Of a stretch of 64,000 nucleotides of DNA, positions 35,790-49,519 are shown in pieces. The DNA is taken from the NCBI GenBank assembly GCA_951406725.2, contig OX597814.1, forward strand, positions 190,960,001 to 191,024,000. The letters are read 5' to 3'. The position numbers were made by a program, and so were the translations under genes. The number at the start of each line of letters is the position of its first letter. Within the stretch, counting starts at the first letter, position 1. This stretch comes from Octopus vulgaris. Taxonomy: Eukaryota. The notes below the pieces were generated by a model. That model saw only the letters and a program-made list of their open reading frames with translations, was not told where the DNA came from and searched no databases.

Positions 35790-36934
35790 CAGTGGCTTCC
35801 AACATTTTCTATGTCCCCCAAGAAATATTTGATTAATTTTCACACCTTCTACAAAAGCAATATCACATTTGAAGATGATAACATCAGTTTTCTAATAACT
35901 AATTTGTTTTTTAAATATACTGAACCACATAGAGTACAGTGGGTAAACAAATTGAACTAAAAAACTTTTTTTTTTCACTCGGTGCATCAAATGCAAATCA
36001 AAATTGAGCAATTTGATAAAACTGCTAACAGTGAAATCAATCACAATTGCGAACATAAAACTCACTGACTTCTTTGTTTCTGCTTCAGATTCATAATTTT
36101 ATAAAAACACAGAACTCTTGCTGACTGAAATCTGCTCATTTACCTGTTGATTCAGATAATTCCGAGATTTTGTATTCAAAGACAAAAAGGGAGCTGAATA
36201 TAGATTCTATCAAGTGTATCATTGCAAATGGAATGGGGATGCAGTCCTATATCATCATCATCATCACCGTTTAATGTCCGTTTTCCATGCTAGCATGGGT
36301 TGGACGGTTCAACTGGGGTCTGGGAAGCCAGAAGGCTGCACCAGACACCAGTTTGATCTGACAGTGTTTCTACAGCTGGATGCCCTTCCTAACGCCAACC
36401 ACTCCGTGAGTGTAGTGGGTGCTTTTTATGTGCCACCGGCACAGGTGCCAGGCGAGGCTGGCAATGCCCACGATTGGTTGGTGCCTTTTACGTGCCACTG
36501 GCACGGAAGCCAGTCAAGGCAGCGCTGGCATTGGCCACATTCGGATGGTACTTTTTACATGCCACCGGCACAGGGATCACAACTACAATTTCCATTGAGT
36601 TTTGATGTTGATGTACTTGACTCAATAGGTCTCCTCAAGCAAAGGGTCGAAACGGTGTTTCTTTACTTGCCACCTGCACAGGAGTCAGTCCAACGGCACT
36701 GGCAACTGCCGGGTGCCAGTCATAGGATTGGTTCAATTTCAATTCCGATCATATTCTCTTAAAAGTTAAATCCATGTGCAATAATAATAAAGTTCTTGGT
36801 GTTCCTAACAGAATAAAGTTATTTATAAGAGTTAATAATTTTCTTCTGTAAAACGATTTTAATAAAGTACATCTCTCCTGAAATGTCATTTTGCACTCCT
36901 TGGAGGTTTTAGCATACCAAGTTGGAAACCCCTG
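35790..36934 (-). mobile_element. hAT-Charlie-type internally deleted DNA transposon with an RTE insertion
   Basis: TIRs CAGTGGCTTCCAAC / GTTGGAAACCCCTG (12/14). Minus-strand relic at 36060-36245 reads IPIPFAMIHLIESIFSSL / LNTKSRNYLN..ISVSK (cf. LIPFATTYLCESGFS..IKTKNRNRL). No convincing 8-bp TSD. Confidence 0.72.
36251..36750 (-). mobile_element. RTE LINE 3' UTR fragment (family E)
   Basis: (CAT)n on the plus strand and three or more GGTGGCAYRTAAAA modules. Confidence 0.88.
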
Positions 36935-37116
36935 TTCTAGTCTATGTAGAGTGAACATTTACAAAAGTATGTACACTTACGTGTTGATTGATTTATGCTC
37001 TGATTATAATCAGATGACTCCTAGACAGAATTTGAGCTAAATATTTTATTTCTGAATTAAGAGTAGCAATGTGTTTATCTGGCAGCTTACTCATATTGAA
37101 ATCCTGCAATAACCTA

Positions 37117-37348
37117 TTTCTTTACTGCCCACAAGGGGCTAAACACAGAGAGGACAAACAAGGACAGACAAACGGATCAAGTCGATTATATAGACCCCAG
37201 TGCGTAACTGGTTCTTATTTAATTGACCCTGAAAGGGATGAAAGGCAAAGCCGACCTCGGCGGAATTTGAACTCAGAATGTAGCGGCAGACGAAATACCG
37301 CAAAGCATTTTGCCCAGCGAGCTAACATTTCTGCCAGCTCGCTGCCTT
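37117..37348 (-). mobile_element. SINE family B1, full length
   Basis: 16-bp TSD atcctgcaataaccta at 37101-37116 and 37349-37364. Confidence 0.95.
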
Positions 37349-37742
37349 ATCCTGCAATAACCTAATCAATAAAAAAGTTCCATGTGACAACTACTTTTGG
37401 CTTCCTTAAATATCTTGTAATATTTAGTCTGTTGAGTCCAAATCAGATCCAACAGATTGCTTTCAACTTAGACAGAAGGATTTTAAATGTTATGTATTGG
37501 AAACAATATAGCTAGATGGTTGAACACTAAGTAACTGAGCAAAAGGTTCTCAGATCAAACTATGCCACTACTATATCAATGGCTTTCAGCAAATCATATC
37601 CTCAGTCAACTGGCTAACAACGCCAGTCCAACTTACTGCTGAAATTGTTGAATGTTAGAAAAGCATCTAGAGCTACAAAACATTCAAATACTGGAATTCC
37701 CTTAAATGATTAACAAAAATTTTTTTAAATGGTATTATTTAT

Positions 37743-38128
37743 AGGCACAGGTGTGGGTGTGTGGTAAGTAGCTTGCTTACCAACCACATGGTTCCAGATT
37801 CAGTCCCATAATGTGGCACCTTGGGCAAGTGTCTTCTGCTATATCCTTGGGTTGACCAAAGCTTTGTGAGAGGATTTGGTAGGCGGAAACTGAAAGAAGC
37901 CTGTCGTATATATATGTGTGTGTGTTTGTGTATGTATGTATGTGTGTCTGTGTTTGTCCCCCATCATCGCTTGACAACCGATGCTGGTATGTTTGAGTAA
38001 TGGTAACTTAGTGGTTCGGCAAACAGAATAAGTACTAGGCTTACAAAGAATAAGTTCTGAGGTCGATTTGTTCGACTAAACGTGGTGCTCCAGCATGGCC
38101 ACAGTCAAATGACTGAAAAGAATAAAAG
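37743..38128 (+). mobile_element. SINE family A, full length
   Basis: Colinear with the 11107 copy. Confidence 0.92.
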
Positions 38129-38134
38129 AATTAT

Positions 38135-38595
38135 GCCATGCTTGTGAAGACCCATCAAGCCAAGTAAAATCACAGTTGTGGAAGATACTGGTGTCATGCA
38201 AATGGCACCCATGCGGGTGGCACGTAAAAGCACCAGTAGCTTTTGAGTGTTGGGTCTCACAGAAGCAAAGTGACTGATGCCAGTGGCACATAAAAGGCTC
38301 CTTTTGAGTGCTGGGCCTCACAGAAGCAATGACCAAGACTTTTGGTATTATGTCAGGCTTGAGAAGACCCATTAAGTCAAGTAAAATCACAGTCATGACA
38401 GATACAGGGGTCATGCTGGTGGTACATAAAAGCACCCATTACACTCTTGAAGTGGTTGGCATTAGGAAGGGCATCTAGCTGTAAGAAACCATGCCAAATT
38501 AGACTGGAGTCTGGCACAGCCTTCCAGCTTACCAGCCGTGGTCAAACTGTCCAACCCATGCCAGCATGGACAACAGACACTAAATGATGATGATG
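38135..38595 (+). mobile_element. RTE-derived 3' element (E-related) with duplicated ORF-end relics
   Basis: Repeated tgggyctcacagaagcaa and gaagacccatYaagYcaagtaaaatcacagt blocks, GGAAGGGCATC motif and (GAT)n tail. Confidence 0.8.
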
Positions 38596-39429
38596 GACAT
38601 GAAAATAATTGGTTTCTTAACTATTTGTCCTTTTTTTTTTTTTAATTTTCTGTAATTTTTCACAAAATGAACAGAAAAATCAAATTCAAATTACAAACTT
38701 AAGATTTCTTTATCTGAAGTCAAAACCAATATTTGAAAAGATAACTTATGAAGTAAATATTCTAAAAAAATAAAAACATCCAAAACATTTTTTTTTTTTT
38801 AAACTAATGTAAATAAAAACGAAAATTTGCTCATTATTTCTCTTATGTATGAGCAGTTGGGTTAGAGGAGGGAGAGTGTAAGCAGTGAATAAATATTTAA
38901 AAAACAATACTAAAATAAAAGTAGTAGCTAAATGTGAAGGAAAAAAAACAAACGAATGAAAGAAAATGTAAAGTTCAGCCTAAGGGATTTCAGGTAGAAG
39001 GTTTGTAGAAAATAGACTCGAGTATTACAAACATGTTTAGCTTGATCAAATATTAATGTTTCACTATAGTATAGAGCCTGACTGAAAAGAAGCTAAGCTG
39101 AATATATTAAAAGACTGAACATAGGAGAAGACTGCCGAGGATCAGATTAGAGAAAACATCTGGAAGGAGAAAATCAAAAGCTAACAGCAAATAGATGTGG
39201 TTGTATTTGTATGAAGGACAATACATAAATATCTATGTGTGTGTGTGTGTTTCTGGATGTGTGTGAGGATGTGAATATAAATGGGACGATGATTGTGTGC
39301 ATAGTATATTAAAACAAGCACATGTGGTTGGATATGAGATACAGTGTGTGTATATAAGTGGGACAATGACTGTGTACATAGTAATATATTAAACAGAGCA
39401 AGTACATGGTGGGATATGAGATAGTGATT

Positions 39430-39473
39430 ATGTGTGTGTGTGTGTGTGTGAGTGTGTGTGTGTGTGTGAGTGT

Positions 39474-39510
<37 letters not shown>

Positions 39511-39548
39511 TGAGTGTGTGTGTGAGTGTGTGTGAGTGAGTGTGTGAG
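39430..39548. repeat. (TG)n / (TGAG)n microsatellite
   Basis: Read directly from the sequence. Confidence 0.95.
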
Positions 39549-39599
39549 ATTGCAGGTGTATATATGAGAAAGTATAATAGATGTTGTAGTAGTTGCTTA

Positions 39600-39825
39600 G
39601 CTCCAAGTCAGTCTGAACTGAGCAAACTTATAATCAAAAGCATTCCAACCATAACTATCAGGATTTTTTAAATTTTTTTATTGTTTTGCTTTCACAGCAG
39701 ACAAAGCGTATCTAAGACTACATTAACCAATGTCCTTCATTTTTATTTATCTATTTACTTATTTATGTTGAAAATAGTCGTGTGTGATTTGAGAGAAATT
39801 TGACCACTACTTCCGGTAGCCTTGT
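39600..39825 (-). mobile_element. Old interspersed repeat family G (also near 18335, 27915, 29240, 42060, 44260, 45135, 53130 and 57035)
   Basis: Recurrent blocks resembling cttatgatcaaaggcattccaacc and tttggctgctatttctagcagg. The class is not determined. Confidence 0.6.
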
Positions 39826-40114
39826 TAAAGCTTCATCTCTGGCACAAATATTGATTGCAGAGGTGGGTGAGGGACAACATAAGTATACACAAGAAAGAGA
39901 TGGAGTGGGAGTGTATCTAAGAGACAGAGAAGAGATGGTGTGTACAAGTATACAAGAGATAAGATCTGTACATTAGATGGTGCATTCTCCAAGAGTAAAA
40001 ACCTAAATTTTGACATCTGTGAAGCTGACCACATTTTACTACACCACAATGGAAAGCTTTCTAAATAGGTTTGGAGGTCCCTAAAACTGCTTATAATAAA
40101 GCCCTGGCTTTAAA

Positions 40115-40326
40115 AATCCTTGCTACTATAAGCACAAGGCCTGAAATTTGGGGGAAAGGGGGCTAGTTGATTGCATCAGCCCCAGTGTTCAACTGGTACT
40201 TATTGACTTCAAAAAGATGAAAGGCAAAGTCAACTATGGCAGGATTTGAACTCAGAATGTTAAGCTGGAAGAAATGTCACAAAGCATTTTGTCCAGTGTT
40301 CTAACAATTCTGCCAGCTCATCGCCC
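40115..40326 (-). mobile_element. SINE family B2
   Basis: gcacaaggcctgaaattt tail; ctgccagctc head. Confidence 0.82.
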
Positions 40327-40464
40327 TATCCCTGGCTATAATAATGGCATAAGCTTCAACAAGTGGGAAAAAGTTTTGAGATAAGAAGATATGTCAGGGC
40401 ATATCTTTATGCTACAGTAAGGTGAATATAAGTAGTACAAAGGATTGAGTGGGTAGGATATGTC

Positions 40465-40863
40465 TTTTATTCTCTTTTCTCTTTTACTTGTTTCAGTCAT
40501 TTGATTGTGGCCATGCTGGAGTACCACTTTTAGCCAAGCAAATCGACCCCAGGACTTATTCTTTGTAAGCCTAGGACTTATTCTATCGGTCTCTTCTGCC
40601 GAACCGCTAAGTTACAGGGACGTAAATATACCAGCATCGGTTGTCAAGCGATGTTTAGGGGACAAACACAGACACACATACATATAATATATATATGTAT
40701 ATACAATGGGTTTCTTTCAGTTTCTGTCTACCAAATCCACTCACAAGGCTTTGGTCAGCCCAAGACTATAGTAGAAGACACTTGCTCAAGGTGCCACGCA
40801 GAGAGACTGAACCCAGAACCATGTGGTTCGTAAGCAAGCTGCTTACCACACAGCCACTCCTAT
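40465..40863 (-). mobile_element. SINE family A, full length, followed by an older family-A copy (about 40865-41200)
   Basis: Colinear with the other family-A copies. Confidence 0.92.
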
Positions 40864-43817
40864 GTTTACTTTTTCAGTCATTGGACTGTGGCCAGGCTGG
40901 GACACAATTTTGAAGGGTTTTAGCTGAACAAATCCACCCCAATCCCATATTTGGTGGGGATATTTTGCTATTCAACACTGGTTGTCAAGGAATGGATGGC
41001 AAACGCAGACACTAAGACATAACGTACAGTCATATAAATATACACACTCACACACACAACAGGTTTCTACAGAAGTTTACATCTATCAAATTCACTCACA
41101 AGGCATTGGCTGGTCCAAAGTTATAGTGTAAGATACATGTCCAAGGTATCATGCAGTGGGACTGAACCTGAAACCATGTGGTTGCAAAGCATGTCTGTGC
41201 TGGCATATTAAGACAAACTTCCAATTTCTAAAGTTGATCAGTGTGACAAAAAAATAATCTACAGATGGATAATCTCAAATATTTAAATATCTACATTCTG
41301 TGAACTGTGTTTGCAGGGAAAAAGAGGCTCTGGAAAAAAATTTCAAAAATAATTTTAAGAAAGAAGGAACAAACAAAATGACTGCTATAGCAGTTCTGGA
41401 TGGTGAGAAGAGAGAATAAGTTCATACATGTATGGTTTGTGGGAAGATGGAACAGTAAGAAATCATCTATATTATAATTGTAATAATGAAACACAGTGTG
41501 CTGGTGGTGGTGGGTTAGAGATAGTACATCAATGAAGACTTGTAGAAACAATTTAGTAAGCTTTATACATTCAGTTGCAATTATATCCATCAACATGAAT
41601 AAAAAGCAATAATTTAAAGCATTAACGAAACTATTCTCTTGGTAAACCTGTACACGTACCAGCCACCTAGCCAGTCAGCCAACCAGAATGGGATTTACAG
41701 ATTTCTGATAAATGAAAATAGTGTAATTAGAGAGAGAGCATCTTAGTGTTTTACATAGACATTTACAGAGTAATTACACAAACATTTGAAGAGCTGACAT
41801 TAAACATTTTCTTCTGTTTGACAACAATGTGTGTGTAGTTGCATGTAAAATTATCTGTCACAAGTTTGTTAAATCTTATTTTGAGCTGCCTTTGAAGAAA
41901 TATTGATTTCTAATAGTGTTAAGGCAACTTAAAACAGAATCAATGTTTATTCAAGTATTCTGCAAGATAGTGAAGTATGCAAATAATCCATGTTTGTTTA
42001 ACATTTACCAACAACAAACAGCAAGAACTAAAATGAACCAACAAATAAGTCTTTACAAGGGTGCTTGACCTGCTTGAAATAGCAGTCAAATCTTGTTCGA
42101 ATCACATCCTGTACTCTTGAAAAGAGCACTGTAAACAGTGTAGGCCTAGATATATGGAAATCCAGGATGGTCAAGTCAACAATGCTTTCAATCAGAGCTG
42201 AATTGAAAACAGATAACAATACAAAGCGGTAAAGATTAACCAAAGATTAGCTTCCCTTGATCCTTATGTAACAGGATTTTTTTAAAAATTGACAACAGCC
42301 TATTACAGAGTTGAATTAGACAAAACAACAAGAAGTGGGTAAAGGGAAGAGCAGGATTCACTACACCAGGATTACCAATAATGTTCTGCAACTTTGGCGG
42401 AGCCTCAACAAGACTGCAGTCCAACAACTGAAACCAGTAAAAGTTAAGAAATATATTATTGTCTGTGGTCAGGGCTGTGCCGGCTCTTAAGGCTACAATC
42501 CCACAAAGGCGCAAAACATTATTGATGAAGTTTCTTCATTAGATTTGGTGAAGGGCAGAGAGCGTCTCCCGCTACCAAATCATTCTTGATTACAAGAGAC
42601 ATCCAAGAACTTGCATCAGTGTATTATACTTTTATCTGTATGGTCAATGACCACAGAAACATATTGAATAGATTTTATCCGCAATAAAACTGTTCATTAT
42701 TATTGACTTGATCTGTTTGTGATTGGTTTCTCACAAGCTGATTTGGCAATTACAGTATTGCATAGCATTGCTTCAGTCAATCTGATATGACAAGAGACTG
42801 TGATTAAATTCCCAGTCAAACACTACCTCTCCAGTAGCTTTCATTTGTTTGTTTCAAGTAATTTAAACAAGCCTTTTCTCACAAAAGTCCTACTTGGTTT
42901 TGCAAGTAGTTGAGAACAGTATTGACACAGCAATCTCCAATTACACTGCTGTACAAGGTTTTATTCAGTATGTGTGAATAATTCCATTTTCACTCAGCCT
43001 TTCACATCCCATTAATACTAAGAGTACTTAGCTATGCTTGCTCTGTATATCTGATGATCTACATGACCAGTTTTATTGTGTGTGTGTGTGTGTGTAGGTT
43101 AACCTTATGTAACTCACATTAATTATGTAATGACTACTAGTAAAACATTAAAGATGCCTTCTAGTTATGACCGCATACCTGCATATAATTTCCTTTTGTA
43201 ATATCATAATTCAATTTTTAAATTCCATTTGAAGAATCTCTCTCTCTCTCTCACACAAGTTACTTTCTCTTATCCACATTACCTACAGGATTTTAATATC
43301 AGATTACTAATGAAATTATTAGTAGAGTAAAATCATTTTTTTCGAAAGAATGCTACTTCAAAATGAAAAGAGAACTAAAAACGTAAGAAATCCTCTCCCT
43401 CCACCCACCTCAGATAAGTACAAGAAGCCCCACTTCTTCTCAAAATAGCTAATACTATAGACAATAATACTTAGAGCTAATACATTCAACAGAAAGAAGG
43501 TGGAGAGGAGGCATAATATGATGTAAATATCCAACCTTTGTGGAGTCATAGACAAGAAAATAAGGTGCCAATCTCCTGATTGAAGAGTCAAGAGCTTCTA
43601 TGCAATTACTGGCAAGGTGTTGCATACCACCTGACAAATTAGCACACTTATTTGTCTTCAATATTTAAAGCAGTGAACAGCATAGTAGAATAATGGATAG
43701 CGTTTACATTCTGAGTTCAAAATTCGCCAAAGTTGACACTACTTTCATCATTCCAAGGTCAATAAGTACTGTTCAAATCCTAGATTTGATGTAATTCATC
43801 TGGCATTCGTTAAAAAA

Positions 43818-44035
43818 GAGCTGGCAGAATCGTTAGTGTACCAGGCGAAATGCTTAGCAGTATTTCACCCGTTGTTATGTTCTGAGTTCAAATTCTGCCA
43901 TGGTCAACTTTGCTTTTCATCCTTTCAGGGTCAATAAAATAAGTACCAGTTGCATGCTGGAGTCAAAACTGATCGACTGGCCCCTTCCCTCAAAATTTCA
44001 GGCTTTGTGCCTATAGTAGAAAGGGTTGTTGTTGT
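43818..44035 (+). mobile_element. SINE family B2, preceded by a family-B remnant at about 43668-43795
   Basis: gagctggcagaatcgttag head; aaatttcaggctttgtgcctatagtagaaagg tail. Confidence 0.85.
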
Positions 44036-45366
44036 TTATTTATTTATTTAGTTAGTAGACAGGGAGCCACACCCATGACCTTTGCAAACTGGTGAGTGAG
44101 GACTAAGTCGTTTACATTAATTTGTACATTTGATTACTGTTGGGAAAACCTAGGCAGGGAAAGTGTTACAGAGTACTGTGGTTCAGAGTAGAAAGAATAC
44201 ACAAAGTATTGGGGGGGGAGTAAGTGAGGAAGAGAAGCATTTAGGAAGTTGTTTTGCCGCAAGTTGGCCCAGATCTATTATATCTATGATCATAGACATT
44301 CCAACCATGGCTATCCTGTTTGTTTTTTTTAGGCATATGTCTTTAGGACAACAGAAAGATTTGACTGCTATTTCTAGCAGGTTTATTGAACATGTAGAAG
44401 TTCTTTGACTTGAGAAAACAGACAGCTAATTCAGAGAAACAGAGATTAGAAAATATATGTCAGTTAGTGATTTTTATGTAACCCCCATCCTTTAACACAC
44501 ACACACACACACACACACACACCAATAGTGTGCTTGTAGCTATAGACTGCATTGGTGTGGTGAGTCTTTTGCCAATCTGGTTAGACAGCATTTCCAGGAG
44601 AGGGGGATGCGGACTAAGATATTTGTATCAATGGCAACAGCACCAAGTGACAAAGTAATCTAATTCAGGTAACACTAAAGTTAACTAAAGTACTGTCTTG
44701 TCCTGCAATGTCCATTTAAGTATTACATAAAAAGCAAAATGAGAGAACAACTTAGGAGGGGGTGGAGTAATTCAGTAGGTTACCGTGCAAAAGTTAAATA
44801 CTTTCACACAATTATTGAGTATCTTTACATTTTACTTTAAATAGCTGGCTAAAATTATGCAACAAAAGTTGAGAAAAGGTGACAGTTTGTATTTCATTAC
44901 AGATATTACAAGCAAAATGTAAATTTAGAAGCTTTTCATTGAGTATTAAAATCACATAGTAAACCTACTAAATAAGGAGCGTCTAGATCAATTCCTAAAA
45001 AATATTTAATTACAAAATACAGTGGGATTTTTTTTATACACATTGAATGACAATTGAGATCCAGTAGAGAAAAACAGGAATTAAAGTGGTTCATAGATAA
45101 AAATAGTTAGGGACCACTGTTCTATATATAGTCATTTGACCTGTTAGAAATAAGTCAAATTCCCTCAAATTACACCCTACAGCTTTACAAAATTAAGGAC
45201 ACACCAGGCAATGTAGTCTTAAATATACAAGACAGGATGGTTACAGACGGAATGTCTTTGATTGTAGGTCTGCTCATTCATGGCCTGAGATTCAACAACC
45301 ATGTAGTAAAGTATGATAGCAATGATTAAGCTAGTCATAACTTTTAAGAGTAATAGTTATTATTAT

Positions 45367-45592
45367 GGGGTGTTGGCTGAATCATTACCATGCTGGACAA
45401 AATGGTTAGCGGCATTTCGCTTGTCTTTACGTTCTGGGTTCAGATTCCGCTGTGGTCGACTTTCCCTTTCATGCTTTCGGGGTTGATAAATTAAATACCA
45501 GTGAAGTACTGAGGTTAACGTGATCGACTATCCCTGCTCCCCACAAATTCCAGGCCTTGTGCCTATAGCAAAAAGGATTATTATTATTATTT
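45367..45592 (+). mobile_element. SINE family B2
   Basis: Family-B body and (TTA)n tail. Confidence 0.82.
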
Positions 45593-46243
45593 CTACTAAT
45601 AAAATTTAAGAATGAAAGCCAATATTGATGATTTAACCCAGAACCTTTCAACGGGTAAGGGAGACTGCTTAAAACAATCATAAATTTCAACCTAGAAATG
45701 TTGGTTTATATTTCCATTTAACAAAGTACATAGATGACAATAGATTGGAAATAAAAGTGATAAAAGAGTATCATCTGCAGAGAATATTAACTAAAATAGA
45801 TACAACCAGATCGCCTTCCTTCAACTTCATACTCTATAGTTATGTCAAATTAGCAGAGTAGGTAACATTCAAGACAGCAAATAGAGGAAGACTGATCCAG
45901 TCATTGGTAAGTATGGCTTGAATTTGCAGGATCATAAAAAGCATGTTGATACATTGAAATATTAACACAAAGTATTTTCATTTAAGAAAAAGAAAATTTG
46001 CTTAAATCTTTTAAAAAATCTAACTAAATGTTCCTCTTTATTATGAATTTCAATGATATCAGTCAACTAAAATAGATCTTTATAGTAAGGTAGGAAAGAT
46101 GGCACTGAATATACACTTCCAATGCATGATGTTTAGTCAAACAGAATTGATTTTTGCTTCTTCACAAAAGTTCAAAATAAATAGCATGATGATGATAATC
46201 GACTTCACCATTTTTAACATTCATCTTCTAATGACAGTGACCG

Positions 46244-46755
46244 GCAATAACGAAAGACCGAGACCTCTGGAGATATGCTGTGACTGCGAAGACCCAACAA
46301 ATAAAGTGAGTTCATGGCTCATAGGACGGTCTGCTGTGCTTACCCTGGATCGTAGGGTGACCTGCTGTGCTTGAGGAAACCTACTGAGTCAAGTACATCA
46401 ATATCAAAATAAAAATCAAATGGAAATTGTAGTTGTGATACCCATGCCAATGGGACGCAAAAAACACCATCCAAATGTGGCCGATGCCAGCGATGCCTTG
46501 ACTGGCGTCCATGCCGGTGGCATGTAAAAAGCACCAACCAATCGTGGCCGAATGCCAGCCTCCTCTGGCCCCTGTGCCGGTGGCATGTAAAAAGCACCCA
46601 CTACACTCACGGAGTTGTTGGCATTAGGAAGGGCATCCAGCTGTAGAAACACTGCCAGATCAGACTGGAGCCTGGTGCAGCCTCCTGGCTTCCCAGACCC
46701 TGGTCGAACCATCCAACCCATGCTAGCATGGAAAACAGACGTTAAACGATGATGA
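46244..46755 (+). mobile_element. 5'-truncated RTE LINE: ORF C-terminus plus complete 3' UTR (family E)
   Basis: AITKDRDLWRYAVTAKTQQIK-stop (TGA at 46307-09), followed by the modular UTR and (GAT)n. Confidence 0.88.
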
Positions 46756-47097
46756 TCTTTCATGCTGGGACATGGGTTAGATGGTTTGACAGGTTCCCAG
46801 AGAAGAGGACTGTCATGTTCCATTGTCTGCCTTGGCATGGATTTCTATAGCTTGATGCCTTTCCTAAGGTTAGCCCCTTTACAGAAAGTATTAGATACTT
46901 TTTCATGACACAAGTACTAGAGAAGTTGTTATGTAGCTTACAAGACTATGATCTCTCTTGACTGTGTAAGATTACAATAGAAAGGGTGGTTATACACACA
47001 TAACACACATGCATACATATATAAACATACTCGCATACATATATATACCTACCCCACTGCTGTTAAACAGAAGTAGATTTAGCCATATAAGTTATAA

Positions 47098-47191
47098 AAC
47101 CAAGTTTTCATGCACAGAACTGAGACACAGAATGATGCTTTATTAACCAAGTTTTCATGCACAGAACTGAGACACAGAATGATGCTTTATT
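47098..47191. repeat. Perfect 47-bp tandem duplication
   Basis: aaccaagttttcatgcacagaactgagacacagaatgatgctttatt, two copies. Confidence 0.97.
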
Positions 47192-47193
47192 AA

Positions 47194-47413
47194 CCCTTTC
47201 ATTATTGTATTTCTGTTGAAATGCTCCGTGTTTCTTTCAATTACTATTAATATAAAAAAGAATTTAGTAAAATAACTTAGTTATCATTAAGCTAGTGTTA
47301 GGAGCATAAATTGTGACTAAGGTTTAGTGGAAGATTATAATTCAGAACTTATGAAAACAAGATATTTGTACTCAGAGCCAGAGCTGGTTTCAGCCGGGTT
47401 GGTAACGAAAGAA
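47194..47413. mobile_element. piggyBac-type MITE family 2 (related remnants near 48073, 50000-50157, 53700-53755 and 63700-63747)
   Basis: TTAA|CCCTTTCATTA...GGTAACGAAAGAA|TTAA. Confidence 0.75.
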
Positions 47414-49519
47414 TTAAAGACCTGTTCATATTATACCAGCAAAGAAAAAACAGTTGATGAAAGAAGTAATAATATTTCAGATATTTCATAAAATTTCTTG
47501 AAGAATATAGACAAATACTTCTCCAGCTGAATTCCTTCACATTAACTTGTCAGCTCTTAAAATCTCTTTCTCGCTTTCTACCCATAGTAACAGGATGTTA
47601 TTGAGCTTAATATCCTCAGGAAGGAAACAATCACAACCAAAATTTTAAAAGTGAAAAAAAAATCTTCTTCAAATTTCCCTTCATCTTATATTTTTGTTTA
47701 CTAATTTATTAATGCTAATGAATTAAAAAGAGTTTTCAATGATACTACAAAAGAATCGCACAATTGGTGTCAGATGTACTTTCAATTAAATTAATCAACC
47801 TGACAAAAATTATCTCTTTCTCCAATGTAATGGGCGAAATTCCTTCTTGATTATTCTTTTCACAATAAAGAGAAGAGGATATTTTTCAACCATGATAATG
47901 GCTTTAAGATCATTTCTGTCAAATATCCAATGGAAAAAAAAAAAAAGGAGGGTTAGGAATAAGATAGTTTTTAATTACTACTCGAGTTCCATACAACAGC
48001 AGTTCAGGAAAAAAAAACATTAAATTGCTTTGCCAATTATAGCTACTGATATATAACCTTTCCTTTTCATGATTAACTCTTTTGATATCAACCTATCCCA
48101 AACCACCCCTAGTTCTGTGATACAAACATCCTGTTTCAAAGTGATCTAAATTAAAACCTTCTGCCAAAATTTCATAATTTATGTTCTAAGAAATCATTTA
48201 TTTGCGAGTTATTTTACTAAATTCTTCTACATTTTCAAAATTATCGAAACTAAGGCAATGTATTTCTATAATAACATAGTAAAAGGATTGAAGTACTGAG
48301 AATAAAATTTTAGTGAACTTAATATGAAAATTTACATTAAATGAAACAATTATACTGTAGAAGATTGAAAAGGTTATCCCAACAAAATTTATTAAAGAAA
48401 CATCATACTTACAAAATAGAGATAAAATCAAAAGTCTTAACACAAAATATAGCGTTTACAAACAAAATTAGTTCCGCCAGATCCTGCTTCATAGATGGCC
48501 TTAAATTGAATCTGATTATTTTCAGTACAGAAAACAGTTAAATTAGTATTTGTGAAGTTGGAAATATTAATGCATTATATTTCCTTTCAATTTTGATATA
48601 AGGCCAGCAATTTTTGAGAGGAGGTGGTGAGTCAATTCCACTGACCCAAGTGCTCAACTAGCACTTTTAGAATGAAAACCAAAGTCAATCTCATCAGAAT
48701 TTAAACTCAGAACATAAAACGCCAAAAGAAATGCTGCAAAGCATTTTATCTGATGCACTAATGATTCTGCCAGCTTGCCACTTTAAAGCATTATATTACA
48801 ATTTACATTTGGTTGGAGTCATTGCATTTTTACTGACACTAGCTCCAGTAACCTAATCATTACTTCTGACTGACTCCACAGACCCACCTCTAAGTATTAA
48901 CTCAAGAATACCAAAAAGTAATAAGATCTGGTGTTGTTGCTTCCAAAAATTACCAATTTGACATAAATGGATTAGAGTCATCTACATCATCATCATTTCA
49001 GTATAGAGTGCATAGATTTGTAATACATCTACCTAACTGACTCAAGTCTAAGTTACTTTCTATATTTGTCCCAACATTTTGAGAAAAGTGCTTTTTCAAC
49101 ATACTATAATTTCAACGTACTATAATTTATTCACACTTGATTTCCAAACTGTTTCCCTCTTTCTCCCTCTTAACCTAAAACAACAATTGTTAAACTGGAC
49201 ACTTTAGTACTGAGAAGAGGAGTTCAATTACAATTCAATAAAAACTGAAATTTTATCGGTCTCTTCAAATTCTTTATAAATAGCTCATCATCAGATAAAA
49301 ACAAATGATCAACTATTCTGATACCAATCTGCCTTGTTACTGCACCTGATTTGATTATATGAAACCCATTTTAAAGGATTCACATTTTGTATTTAAATTA
49401 AAACCTAACACAGGCATTGCTGTGTGGTTAAAAAAGTTCACTTTACAGCAATGTGGTTCCAGGTTCAGTCCCACTGCACAGCATCTGGAGCAAGTATCTT
49501 CTGCTATAGCTCCAAGCTG

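Noticed and set aside
42540-43060. Possible decayed LINE endonuclease region
   Set aside because: Only vague peptide resemblance with many stops.
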